Of a stretch of 64,000 nt of DNA, positions 45,730 to 59,699 are shown piece after piece. The notes below the pieces were generated by a model. The model searched no databases. It was given only the letters and a program-made list of their open reading frames with translations, and was not told where the DNA came from. Numbering within the stretch: position 1 is the stretch's first letter; each line of letters opens with the position of its first letter. The stretch spans positions 496,001 through 560,000 of the forward strand of contig CM106585.1 in NCBI GenBank assembly GCA_048013815.1, written 5' to 3'. The DNA is from Setoptus koraiensis. Lineage: Eukaryota; Animalia; Arthropoda. The translations under genes were made by a program, and so were the position numbers.

Positions 45730-48700
45730 AATCAATTCATATGAGCGGCCAGTGTGATACATCATTGCACTTGCTGTTTATTTGTACCATGATCAATCAG
45801 GCAGACAGATTCTGCTGTCGCTGGAGTTTCTTCGCAGCAAATCTACAATTGGCGCAAATCACATAAGTGTGCAACGTGTATTATTATTCATTTCAGACAT
45901 ATATATATTTTTCCAGTGTGATAGGCTCAAGTTGAGTCGACACACACAAGCAGCATATGACAACTACAACTACTTGTCGAAATTGTCGTCGATGATCGCC
46001 GATCTGGTCGTCGACACAACCAGTGTTTGTTTGATTGGGTGGTTGAAGTGGGTGCACAGGGTTGTAAGTTGAAACATGCTAGTAGTAACGGTTGCGTAAT
46101 ACCGGTAGTTGGGTTGCGTTGCTCTAGATAACGATTGTTGAGTCTCATAATGTGTGACAGAAACGAGCAAATAGAGATGCTCGTTTAATAGTTTGATGCT
46201 ATTGATTCTTGGTTGGTGGCTAGTAGATGTCACTGTCGATGCACTTGTGCCTCATTTCGCATCGTTTATTTGTAACTACAACGATCATCATCGTGGCGAC
46301 GCGCAAAAGAGCAAGCCAAAGGCAGAGAAAGACAGATGGATATCATGACAATCGCAATGCATGATTTAGAACCAACCAATTTGTGGCAGGCGCCTGCAGC
46401 CATTTGCATACAAATTATTGCCTGCCACTAGTGTCTCTACAATGGCACACACTTGTATTGGCCGTCATCGACATCATTGAAACCGGCGAGCTAGCTATGC
46501 CAGCAAAAACACGTACAAACACGCGCTCACACACACAGTTGACAACAAACAAATGTGATATATTGGTTTATATTGGCCTATGAGTCTCATAGTATGAGAG
46601 AGAGAGAGCGAGAATTCGCCCCTTAATTCAGTTTGCTCGTGTGTGTGTGCCATTCAATAGATATCAAGATCGCACCAATGGATTTCGTCGCTTGCGAGCA
46701 CGGCAAAAAAACTACAGGCTAATTAAGTGTGCCTCTTACGATAATGATCACGATGATGCCGATATGAATTTATGGGCCCGCCACTGGCGCCACTGCCATT
46801 GATCACTCGAGCCATTGATTGTGCCTAGCGAGTCGCAGTAACATTATTATTATTTATTGCTGGCTCTTTGTTTGTGTGATTGCGCAACAACTTTGTTTAT
46901 GACGACGTCCTTGGCTGGCTGCTAGCGCATCAGTGCGACACAGTCTAACCTAAATGACGCCACCATCCAAGCTGGCAATATATGCCGCTTTATAGTACCA
47001 TGCCATCAAATATTGCGAAAAATATTTCTCTCGCGATTCTCGTGTTTTTTTTCTCTCTCTCTCTCCCTCTTTCGCTGGCTCGAAAAAGGGGCCCCTTTAC
47101 GACGACGGCCATAGATATAGCTCGTAAATTTGTAACACTGACTCAGTTGGCATTGGAAAGATTGTCAGAGCAGATATGAGTGCGTTCAAATGCCCCAACA
47201 CACACACACACACACACAGATATATATATGCGAGAGAAAGAAAAAATGTTTGTCCTTAGGGCGGTGACAGTAACAAATATAACCAGTTAAATACCTCGCT
47301 CAGTTAAGCCATTGCTCTGTTGCCCAATGGGCCTCCAACTGACCAACTGTCTTGCCAACCGTTGTCAGTAGAGTCCGCTGTGTCTGAGAGCTGCTAATGG
47401 TGCAAACAGTTACTGTCAAGTTGACGCATCTAAACACAGCTTGCTCCACTTTCTCAACAACAACAGCAACAATCATTTTGGCCAGCTTGTATTTGTGTTT
47501 GTGCCATTTCACCTTGATTATGTGATTGCAGCTCTCTCTCTCTCTTACCAGGTCCGTAACAGTTTTTCAGCATATGTCGGTGCGTTCATGTGTCGGTTAG
47601 ATAATGTCTGTGTGTGTCCTTGCCAACAATTGGCGAACTGGGCCCACTCAAGCAGCAATGGGTGTCGTAAAGAAGCCAAATTTTTGTTGCGCCCACCAAC
47701 ATACCAGACACCAAATGTGACTTCACCACTGTTGTTCTTCTGTCTAACAGCGCCACCATTAACTGCAATCACGGGCTACAAAACAGAGTCGCCAATCTGA
47801 AATGCCAGTATCGTCTTGGACATCTTCCGTCACTCTGCTGGTCGCACTGGCGGGCACCGTTTGTTTAGCCTCTCTCTCTCTAAATTGAGATGAATTATTG
47901 TCGAGCATTCAAATTTAAGCACAAACACCTGTCACATAATAGCAATGACGACGGTCGCTCATGACAAGAATTTTTCCCAAAATACTTTTTCTTTCAAATG
48001 GGGGACACACTCATGTATGTAAATGAAACCTGTGCACGCCGTCTCAACAGTCACACCGTTTCACTGGCGATAGGTGTCACACACCGAGAAAATACCCCAA
48101 AACCAGCCTACATCCCCCATTTGTTTGCATAAGCAGCACCGGTAAAGGTGACCAAAGGTTAGGCCGAATGTTTGCTGTCATTGGGGCCCGTTGACCAGTG
48201 CTACAGTTTACCAGCACATAGTTAGGCTAGCTGCAGTTTAAGTTTGAGGGATGTGATTGATTTAATTCAATTTGGGCCCTAGGCCCCTTTTGAGCCAGTT
48301 GGTGCTGGCTATTGGCCAGTTTAACGAACCACTGACCAGCCATCTAAACTGGCCATAAATCTCTAGCCGTTGAGCTGTCCAGCCGTCACTTTGAAGCTTG
48401 CCATATCTATGGTACAACAATGGTGACGTGAGTTGTAGTTGTTGTTGCTGTTGCTGTTTTTTCTCTTCTTTATTTTCTTTTGAATCGTTTTGCTATTCCT
48501 ATTGCAAGCTACAGACTGTGTTTGGCAGTGGCCACCGCCGGCTGACTGACTCCCTCGGCGTCTGGGTGACTGGCCGGCGACTAACTCGCAACTAATTACT
48601 TTAGCTCCGAAGCAATAAAAGGAAGCAAAACATTACAAATAACATTGTGCCATTGTGTCCCCTAAGTGGGTGAGTAAGTGAGTGTGTGTGTAGATTAATC

Positions 48701-49849
48701 TATCTACAGAGTAGAGTTTACCCATCATTCAACTGCACCAGCAACAACAGTGGCAATGGCAACGGCAACAACAACGGCAACGGCAACAACTACCGCTACC
48801 CCTACTGCTACCACTACTCGATTCTAGAAGCTATTTAATTCGGGCAGCCGAGCTGGCTGGCAAGCGAGCGAGCACACAATTAGATTAAAATATAAAACTA
48901 TAATAATAACATAAAATATATATGCAGACCAACAAGCGACTATGTAACGCAATTGAATGGTGCTAACTGGCGAACGACGCACTGTTTGGCATTGTCCGAA
49001 ATTCACTCGCTTGCCATACTGCCGGCTAAATCGGTTGCACCCAATGGACAAATAGATAGAGGGGCCTCATCGGCCCATTGGCCCATCGGCCGCTTGCTTC
49101 ATTGTGTTATTGTTATAGTTTTTGTTTCTGTTGCCTTTTTTGTTGTCGCCATTGTTGTTGACCTGTGTACGTTACACACATAACTGAATGTGTGTGTGTG
49201 TGTGTGCATAAGGCCAGCTAGATATAGAGTTGCTGGCGAGACAGTGGCCGCGAAAAGCCACTGTTGGGTGCCCCGGAGGTAATCTCCAGGCGCCCTCTAC
49301 ACAAATGTAATTCATTCATGATGATATTTGATATGAGAGAGAGAGAGAGCGAGACGAGAGCCACGTAGTAGACAAAGTGCTGGACTCGCAAGCAACTTGT
49401 GGCCGTTCGTTTGGCACACAAGTTGAGCTTTAGGTGCTGCTCGATCTGGTGGTAGCATCGTCATTTGGTCTATTGAATATCCAACACTACTAATGGGGGT
49501 GCCGCCAGTGCTAGTGATCAAGTGAAATATTCAATTGATTGTTGTCATTGATAAATTGCCTCGCGAGCCTATAGCGACTTTCTCGTTGGTGTCATTGCGA
49601 CTGAATAAGTGAATACGCGCCGTCCCAATATGTATGTAAATGGTGACTACTCTAGCTAATACTCTCCCGCTGGCAAACCAAACAACAAAGCTTAACTGCT
49701 GCAATTGTGTGATGCCAGCGGATGGGGACACTCGTCGTTGACTGGCTAGTAAGTGGCGCACTATTAGTTGGCCGGCATACAAGATTGCCAGCCAGAAACT
49801 GGACCTTGTAACGCCGGCGCTGACAACACGGACACTAGCAACCACCACG

Positions 49850-49997
49850 ACAACAACAGCACCAGCAACAACAGCAGCAACGGCAGCAACAGCAGCAACA
49901 GCAGCAACAACAACAGCAACAACAGCAGCAACAACAGCAGCAACGGCAGCAACAGCAGCAACAGCAGCAACAACAACAGCAACAACAGCAACAACAA
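49850..49997. repeat. CAA/CAG (opa-like) repeat with a 63-bp higher-order duplication
   Basis: CGG variants at 49881 and 49944 are 63 nt apart with matching context. Confidence 0.92.
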
Positions 49998-52900
49998 TGG
50001 TCCAAAAGCTTGGGAGCAAATATATTGGCATAAATTACCCGTCACGCTACTGCAACCTATTATTTATCTAACCTATTTCTCTAGTTAGGTGAGATTTGAC
50101 CTCAGATAATGGGCTCGCTCAAATTCAGCTTCGATTTTTTCCCCGGCAATCCTTTGTTTTTTTCTATTCTTTTCTTTGCGAAACAGTAACAGTTTAGCCC
50201 AAATAACAGCCATAATAGCTTCTCTATAAATGCTCCTCTCTTTGTAACCGAAAGCAAATTCATACAGGAACTATTTGTCATAGATGCCTGGCGGTGCCGA
50301 AACTGAACCGAACTAAACCGAAATGTTTGACCGATCGTTGGATCGTGTCTCAACTTATTTCTGTTCGGTCAGTTTGCTTCTAAAGTCGACGGTTATTTTG
50401 CGGTAACGTTTATTGAGTTCTTTATAACCGCCCTTTTAACTCACAGAGGGCCAGCATATATTTTGTTAAAGTTGATGAAAAGCAAGCCAAAACACGGCAT
50501 GTTTTTATCGAATCTGTCTGGTATAAGTAGCTTGATCGAAGTTCACTCACGTCTAACTGTAAGACACCATATTCAGTGTGTTCGCTTGAAATCAATGAAT
50601 CTTATAGGGTAATCGAAACCTCAAATTTTAGCCGATAACCGGTGAATTTTTCGGTTTCGGTTTTCTCTCTCAAAATAAATTCCGCTGTTTTCACCGGTTC
50701 GGATGACCGTCGACATCTCCGTCTGTGCGCCTGTCTAAATCTGGCTTCCCCTATGAGAGCCACAATGCTAATCTGGTACTTGCTACGATAACTAGACGTA
50801 ATAGCAATGATAACATTTGTTACGCTGGATTTATTGTGGCTTACAGGCGGTTATTTGCTTGAGTGGCCAGCACAGCGATCCTAATGCCCTTTTGCTGTTT
50901 GCATAACTTATGACAAAAGGCCAGATTTCAAATAAATGCTCCGCTATGAGTAGACTACACACAAAAATAGCCCTCTACACATTATGTTAGACTGGGCCCA
51001 GCAATAGTGATGCAATATTGTGAAAATTGCTGTATTTTCCATTCAAGAACGGAATGTCAGAAATTTTTTTGTTTGCTATAGAATCAACGGATACATTGGT
51101 CGATGAATACCTCGATCGACCAGTCGAATTCAAGTGAATTTTAGCTTCCAAATGAAATGCACACCATGGTTTTTGGTAGGAAACTTTTATTGCGCTCAAT
51201 CCCTAATTTCCTGGGACATTTTCACTTTCGAATGCTCTCGTGTTTTCATGTCCGCACTCTTTGTTTGCCATATGTTAGGATTGCAGTCACAGAGACGGAA
51301 CGAATCAGCAGAAACTCGCCAATGGAAAAAAGTGTCAGATTAATGTAGAATGGGGGTCTTAACATTAAAATCATGCATTAAACCACTGCCGATGATTAAT
51401 TCATTTCAGGCTCTTATGAATAGAGATCATTTTTGATTTAAACCATGATTAAAATAGGCATTTTTTGGTCGAAATGATTCTTAATATTTCTTGGCTTTAT
51501 TGAAATGGCTTTTACTGAAAAATTCTGGATCAAATGGTTTTTATTGGCAGTGAACCAATAGTGAATTGAACCATGGTCTAAACCTTGTTGATTAGTTCGA
51601 GTGCCAGTGTATAGTTGCGTGTTGCGGCGGATGGTTTAGATAAAAAAAAGAATAAGAAAAATGAATTAATCATTTCGTCGAAATAAAAGCCAATGGTTTA
51701 TACTTCTTGGAATAAATCACGCTAAAATCCACGATGGAAAAAAAATCCACTCTAGATTAATATGAGCTTTATCCATAAGATAAACCACGTCTGATGTTGT
51801 TACCAACTTCCTTTCAAATTACTAGTGTTTTAGATGATACTAACAAGACCAGCATATCTGCCGACAAAGGAGCTGTGACTGAAGCTGGCAGAACAGTTGG
51901 CTATTTTATGTGAAAATCCGTCGCTAACCTGTGAACCCGAGCTTTACGATGCGTTCATTTTTTTTTTCAGGTGTGACTACACTTGGGGGAGGCTACTCTC
52001 AATATTCACGCCTAGTTGATTCGTACTCCAACTTCCGAATTTTGCTTCTGTTTGAGAGGACTTTCTTTTCATGTGCTAGATACGCATGTGGAGCTATTTC
52101 GATCAGAACAGACGACCTGCTATCATAAACAGTAGACACTTTCGGGCTCCAAAAAGACCAACACAAAGCCATTCAGTTGTTTGTGCGAAAGATAGAAACT
52201 TCTTTTATTCATTTCGACATTTTTGGTCGAATATTGTCCGTCTCTAATGAGTGTTGCGCCGGACCCAAATGAGTTTCGCGTTTTGAGAAAGAACCTTAGA
52301 GCCTCGTTCTAAACATTAATTTATGCAAATAGCCACGCAAAACTTGTGCTGACCTTGTTCTACATCCTCTCAATCTACACATATCCAAGCATTTTGTTTT
52401 ACCTGAAGTTTACAAATAGCCGTCAGCTAATATTTAATCGAGGTGAATACATTATTATGTTTGCCTTACCATCAAACCAAAGTTTGTGTGTGTGTATCGG
52501 GGGCATAATTACACCGCATGGTAGTACAATTATATATTAGATAACATTATATCACAGGTGAGGTGTGTCGTTTATGGGAGTCATTATTTTAGCCAGCGAA
52601 TCGCGCCTGCCCTCTTGAGATGCTCGACTGGGCGTGAAAAAGATTATCAATTCTCTTTTGCTGCATTTTTACTTATTTCAACATTTGCACATTCACTTTT
52701 GGCTGGCCAAGCTCACTTATTCTTGCCACTGTAGCAATGCCACACCATCCGAATAGATTGTGTTACATTAGGTGGGTGCCGGTCAAAGACATGGAAAGTG
52801 CAACTCGCATTCCAGCGAGTTTCTGGTGGACTTTACAGCAAAGTGCGAGAGAGAGGGAGAGAAAGAAAATAATGGCGATCATTTAGAATCGCTTGATTTA

Positions 52901-55900
52901 ACTTGAGTGTCAATGAGTCCATAGATGAGTGGCCAGCGAGTGTATATGAGCGTCGATTATTGCCGATGAAGAATAGCCGGCCAACTAACTCGGTAGCTGC
53001 TGAGAGGCAAGCCAAGTTTATTGATGAGTTTGTTATGTAAGTTTGGCGCTTATTATAAATGCAAGCTGTGTGAGTGTGTGTCTGTCTGGCGTTGGGCCCC
53101 ATTCTGTGTGTGACTGGAACGCATTAATATGCAACTATGGCGAGCGAGAGGTGCCGAAAGTTTTTCCTCTCTCACTCTAACTTTCTCTTGGAAATTGAAG
53201 GTTATCCTTTATTGTTTACTATTCACCATTAAGCCAGTTATGTAATGCATAAACATACAGCCGGAGTCGTGTGTGTGCTAATATATCAAAAGAATGATGC
53301 GCGCCCCCACCCCCACCCCCATATTCCACTGGCAGAACGCCACAAAACAATATATATTTCCTCTTAGGATATAATATCAATATCCGCCACTAAGCGATAC
53401 ATCAACAAGGATGGATACAAGTTAGATTGGTGTCGGCATTAGCGCTTATTGTCAACACAAAACCATTACCATACTCGATGCCGGAGCTTGCCGAGTATGA
53501 TGTAAAGATGGCATTCGCATTTAATATCTTCTCGAATATTCTCTGTACATTTTCTACGCACACTCTCAAGATTGATTCTTGCCAGTGACTATCATTTTGG
53601 GCCGATACTTGCAACTCACCAAGGCGCACATACGAGGAAATTGGAGGCGATAGTATTTGTGAGAAAGAATCATAAGAGAAAACCAACGTTTATATTTAGA
53701 TTAGGGCTGGCAAGATCTTTTGTGTGTGTGTGTGTTTGTTGATGGCATATACACACATACGCCATGGCAAACACACATCAGCGATAGATTAAAATCAAGA
53801 TATTGTATCATAGTATTGGGTGCTGGTCGGAAACGGAAACGCGTAATTGTGACAACACCGACAAAAGGCACAATGACAAAAACCAGTTAATGGTTTGTGA
53901 ATATTTATAATCAGCACACGCTTCGTTAGATGTGTGCTATATGCGTAACATAAACAACATGTTATGTAACATAATGTTGTAACTGCAAACGACTACAAAA
54001 CATTACATGACATTTAATCGCTAATAAGAGAGCGTTGTTCATTCCAATTAGTTAGACACGATAGCGGGTGCAATAGACAAAAAGGCTTCATTGTTTACTG
54101 TGGTATGGCTAATTAAGACTGATTATACTCATTGTGCTTATTGTAGTGACATATGACAAACGAGCAACATCGAAGCCTGTTTTGTGGCAGCCACAAACAA
54201 ACCAAGGAATCAGCGAACCAACCAACGAAAGAGAAAAATCTTGGTTCAGTTGCCCGTGCGCACGTCTTGTTGGTGTTGGTGCGTCTCGACAGAGAGCGGC
54301 CCCAATAAAATGCTGTAGAGATTAGTGGGTTCAGACGCTCTCATGTTGAGACGCTGAATGCGACTAGCGCAACGTGCACGATGCTTGTAACCTCGACAGC
54401 CGGGGTCCAGCGAAAACAGATGGGACCAAAACAAAACAAAGCAAAACAAAACAACCAGTAGGCCTACCCAACAAAACATTACACAACAAACTGACGATCG
54501 AACAACATGTTCTCCTTGCTCTACTTAGAAATTCGTCAGGCTCCCCCCGTCAAGCAAGCCTTCGCTCGTTATCTGTGGCCGTCTGGCGTGCGACGACAAA
54601 GTCGACACCACTCACTCTCACCGTGCTCTTTCACCTAGCGCCGCCGTATTGATACATTTATCTAGGCTACTGATTGCAATGCCATTCAAATAGCAAGTGC
54701 ACTTAGTGTTTGCACAACGGCTCACGGAAGTGGCACGCCGTTGGATCAACCACCATGACGAATCAACCTGACTGTGTCTGTGTGTGATGAGAAAAAGGCG
54801 CCACTGACCAGTGGTCAGCGATCACTGATCGCGGCCGTGCCAGAATTCCCATGACGAAAACACCCCACACATGCCGTATCTGTTTCACGGAACAGATTGT
54901 AAGTCAGGTTGGTTTGTGGCCGAGTCGGTAATGGTCACAACCAAACTCGAACCGGCCGCTATGTTTATTCGTCTCCCTTTTTTATTTGTTTTGTCCATCT
55001 ACTCAAACGCTGCTGCCACCAAAATGTATCAACGAAAGAATGCAATGCTCCGGTATCAGACAAATCCATTAGTTATGCCCTTTCTCAATTGATCTGGATA
55101 AGATATGCCGATGTTACGCTTTTCGCTCGTTATGATTTCAGTTTGCTCACCATAACTAACAATGTTTTGCCTCATCTTTTTCTACGCTCTGTATAGCTCG
55201 CCTCATCATCTCAATCGGTTGGTCACACATGAACACCTTTGGACGTTATTGGACAATATTGATGGCACCAACAACCAAATGGACAGAAACGAATAAATAT
55301 TATTTTAGCTGATTCAGCACTGTTGGCGTCTCTCAGGTTAGTAAACATCACGTTCGCTGGTCGGCGAGCCGAGAGTTCTTCTCTTGTAAACACTTTTCAA
55401 CAGCATGCTCGAACGATTCTTTTAAGAAACTTCTTGAAGCCGGTTATTGCCGTTCATAAATCGTCCATATCTCGGTCTTCTTCGTTCCTTACACCGTCCA
55501 ACGATAATGTTATGATTCGTTGCGATGCGCGAAATTGAATTGATTTTGATACTTTTTCGAGCGTGCCCACTATGATCTGGTTAAATCGAAATTCTATCCA
55601 CCACGAAATTCGATGTTAACCACAAATGCTGAATCAAGTTTATTAAAAGTGAAATTCTTCAGTTCTCAACACTTTGAACTGCTTTATTGAGGCTGCTTTT
55701 CTTCAGTCCATCCCAACTCGAATTGTTCTCTGGTTGAAAATGGACGAGTTTGCAAATCGGAAAATGCGTCGAAATGAGTTTTGTCGGGATCATCGCAGTT
55801 TCTGTACGAAAAAATCTTTTCCCGAGTCAGGAAACGCATTATAAATGACCACTAGATTGGTTATTCCGTCGTGCAAATAAACTTTGCTGGTTTACTTCGG

Positions 55901-56901
55901 GTTTGTTATGTCTGTTCTCATTGCGCACATACTAAGTTTCTATTTCGGAAAAAAAATCCGGGGAATCCATGACCCTACAAAACAAAATGTGTACATTTAT
56001 TTGTGAAAAAACCTTTTTCTCGGACAATTCTTATTCTATTAGAATTAGGTTGATTCTATATGCTTGAGACATGTAAATCAATTGAGTTTCCGTATTCTCT
56101 AACTTCACCAATCAGCAGCTAGATATCAATGTTGATATGGGGAATTTCGGAGTTTCAGAAAAATCAGAAAAATTGGTTTTCATCTGACTTTGTTAGCTGC
56201 TATACCAATTGTCGCGCTTGAATAGGTAGGTAAATCCAGGGTGAGGCAGGTATATTAGACTCTTGAATTTACATTCTAGCTTCAGGTACATTCGAATCAG
56301 CAGAAATCCGAGTTTGCTACCGCTACAATCGACTGAATGTTCAGACTGAGTCCGGTAAGTGCAGCAGGATGCGTGTGGTTGACTAATAGATACCTTTCGG
56401 TACATCGGCACTGAATTGCTCTACTGTGAGTTTTAGTTGCGTAACATTTTTATTGAATGCAGCATAACAATAAGATATTGCACTGCAGGAGTTCGACATA
56501 CATTATAACATTAAATATAGAAATGCAAGGAGATACGTTGCTCGCAGCTGCAACTCAGAAAACCGTTGTGAACGAACCGTTGAACCTGATGAACCTCAAA
56601 CACAAATCCATAGCCGGTCCTGAGCGGTTTTCCAACGTTTATCCTCTTGGATTTCCTCTAAAGCCATCCATCTAATATAGGGACGATGCTAACATAAGTG
56701 TTGGTATATCACACAACGACATGCATTAGCAATATTGTAATATGCAATAATGTAATGTGCGTACGAGGTTTCTCTGGACATGCTTTCAACATTGAATTAA
56801 TATGAATCAGTTGATTATGTAATTCATCTAGAGTTGGTGTAAGCTACGCAGCCCACGTCTCATGATGTTTTTTGCATGACTACTATTATATTCCAACCAG
56901 A

Positions 56902-57307
56902 ATGGCTTATATTGATAAAAATTGAGAGCCGAACGTATCTGTCTATTCGATGAGAAAAATTTTTGCGATAGCGCGCCTACCGTTCGACATTCTGGTTCAA
57001 AAGGGGTCCCGAGAACTACAAATTATGATATATTAATACGTTACAGATGTGCAGGGCTGCCATACTCTAACAAAAAAAATGGATCTGAACTTTCAACAGT
57101 GACCGAGGGAGCATTCAGAAGAGTGGAAAAAATTTCCAGAAAAATCCTAAACTCTCTGTGAGAGAAGTGGCTGCTTAATTTGATATGAGCTTGTCATCTG
57201 TCCAAAAATGTAAAATACAGCTAGACACAACCATGTAAAAGCGTCAGAATGCCCCATTATATAATGAAAAATAGTGAGCTAAGTGTAAAGAGTCGTGCCG
57301 GAAGTTA
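56902..57307 (+). mobile_element. Decayed, truncated IS630-Tc1-mariner transposase (N-terminal DNA-binding region)
   Basis: With two frameshifts in A-runs it reads MAYIDK/LRAERICLFDEKN...GVPRTTNYDILIRY...NKKNGS...RVEK/FQKNPKLSVREVAA*FDMSLSSVQKCK...M*KRQNAPLYNEK**AKCKESCRKL. This fits the bipartite HTH region of Tc1/mariner-type (resembling DD37E-like) transposases. No DDE domain follows. Confidence 0.7.
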
Positions 57308-59674
57308 CTGAATAGAGCCGCACTGCAACGCGATGAGGTAATCATCACGATGGTCCAGATCAATCGTCTCATCGATCGTTCGTCAATTTAGTGACAGGTA
57401 CTGATGTTCCAATAACAACTTATGTTATGCCTAAAACCAATTTGGACAAAAAAAAAATGAAATATGGCAAGCGATCGCCTCGAATGAGAGATGCTTACTA
57501 TCTGTCGCACTGGATGGCAATTAGGCTGCCGATAGTCGCCTCCATAAGTGTTTGAAAGCGGTTTTGATTCTCTGGATCGAGCAATTTTGTGATATGAGAG
57601 TGTCTCTTTTTGGCCGACATGGCCACCCATCACTATGCCAAAAGTGTCACTGACTCGATCCTGGGTAAACGTACAGGTAGGTCTATAAATGTTCGTGTGA
57701 GCCAAAACGACGTGACTATTTATATGTCGCATGCATGCATAAATTGCTGCTAATCAGTTTTTAGCCGATGGTCATGATTAATCACTCTGACTTATTGATT
57801 AATATTGTGCGAGTTAATTCACGGGACTCATGATGGTATAATCCAGTTGTGCCAATTCTCGAAACCGCTCCAAATTCACCTAATTATAGTGCCAACGTGC
57901 ATTGAATTGGAAAGGAATACAAAGAGATAGATTCATACAGTATAATTGATGCTGGTGGCAGCTCAAGAAATGTGTTGTTTGCTGCTCATGATGTTTTTGT
58001 TATGCTGAGGCATCGAGGCGCTAGGCTTCGGGATGAACAAAGGTGCTAGATAATCATGATTGTGCCGAAAAAATGGACGCAAAAGACAGGCAGTTTGTTC
58101 ATTATAATAATATCATTATGGTCAAAGCTGCGACGTCGTTAATTGTTGCTATTGTTGCTGGTGTCGCTGATTTGCAGCAACATCAGACGGTGAATTTTCA
58201 GATTCAGATGCAAACCTATGTGCGATATAATACAAAAAACCCTACAATGGATAGATAAAGCAGCGACCCCATCTGGCCAATCTAGTTGATTGAGGCCATG
58301 TTGTTTTTGCACATAATGAATGCCTGTGAGCTAGCTCATGATTGATTGCCACTGTCTATTGTCTGCTGTGTGCTGTATAAAACAACCCAATACAGGACAA
58401 AACCAAACTAAACTAAATATGTATACATATATATATATATATACAGAGCTATGTTGATAACGGTTATTTTACTATAAGCGTAGACAATGGTAAAATTGAT
58501 GTAGAGACAAACTGTCTTTAGTCGATAATGAACTCGTTCCCGCTTTGTTTGACGTAACATAACGTAACGTAAATGTGCAAAGCAAAGTTTAGGTACACAA
58601 CTGACTGAGAGAAGTTAGTAAAACTTATTAACTTGATTCAGTCAGAATGAGCGAGGGAGAGGGTTAAATCGCTCTAACTGTGGGCATGATTAATTATTGT
58701 CTGGTAAAACTGCCATTTTCAGAGCGTCTATCGGATTTATGCAGGCACTAACATCAACAAATGAACCTCATACCAATAGATGTTGCGAAGCACAATGCCA
58801 ACTAACGAGCTAATGATTAAATCAAAAAACCCATCCGCGAGAGCGTTCTGAACAATGTTTGTTTTGAACATGCAGCTTCGGAAGCCAGCACTGGATTTGC
58901 CTGATAATTTGGTCGCTTCCATGTTGATGCATCACATTATCTGTTCGATCTTTTCCTTTTATCGTTTAACCAAATTAAATTGTGGGCTGTTACGCAACGT
59001 TGTTTGTTATCGGGCTTTATTCTCATTTGTGAGTTTATAGTAACCGATCTAATCAATTGAGAGGTCCGCACATACATGAGTATAAATGTGTGAAGTAATA
59101 ACCGAGTCACAAAATAATAATCGAGTTTTCGAAATTCGTTAACTGATGGAGCTTACTCGTTGACAACTGAAATCGCAAAAAAAATAATGGCAAAAAAATA
59201 ATCGCTAAAACATTACATCGACAAGCCAGCCAGTAGTTGTGAAATTCATGGGTGAACTTGAGTATAGTTTTGCTGTTGCGAGTCACCTTTCATCATGGTG
59301 TCGTATATTGAAAAACTAACCTTGGTTATATATATATAAATATAATTCGCTACAAGTGAAATGATCAGCACCTGATGAATTGCAACAAAGTCAGATTTAC
59401 GCCCACAACTGTCACCAGTTTTTGTTGTTGAGTCTGTGTTTGTTTGCATCATAACTCAACGAAAGCTTCTTTCTCGAGAGAGTCGTGCGTTATCTTGTCT
59501 TGTCTTGATACCTGATCTAAACAATATTTCATATTGTCGTTGTTCAGCCATCACAGCTGTCGACAACAACAATAACATCGCTAACAGCCAGGCCCATTTG
59601 GTGCCCATTTGCCGGCTAAATGGCTGGGCAAGTGTTCCTAGTCCAGCAGTGTTCTCTAACTCTCATAGTGTGTA

Positions 59675-59699
59675 TGTGTGTGTGTGTGTGTGTGTGTGT
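59675..59699. repeat. (TG)n microsatellite
   Basis: Direct reading. Confidence 0.9.

Noticed and set aside
50637-50699. 10-bp inverted repeat AACCGGTGAA/TTCACCGGTT
   Set aside because: The inner stem is poorly paired, with no TSD or second copy to support a MITE or miRNA.
51078-51260. DEYLDRPV resembling a hAT dimerisation motif
   Set aside because: Lacks the following WW and SERxFS motifs, and has many stops.
51423-51445. GAGATCATTTT bantam-like match
   Set aside because: The 3' half diverges and there is no complementary arm.
59366-59386. Minus-strand similarity to miR-305
   Set aside because: Seed mismatched, poor hairpin and no neighbouring miR-275; a 13-nt match is expected by chance.
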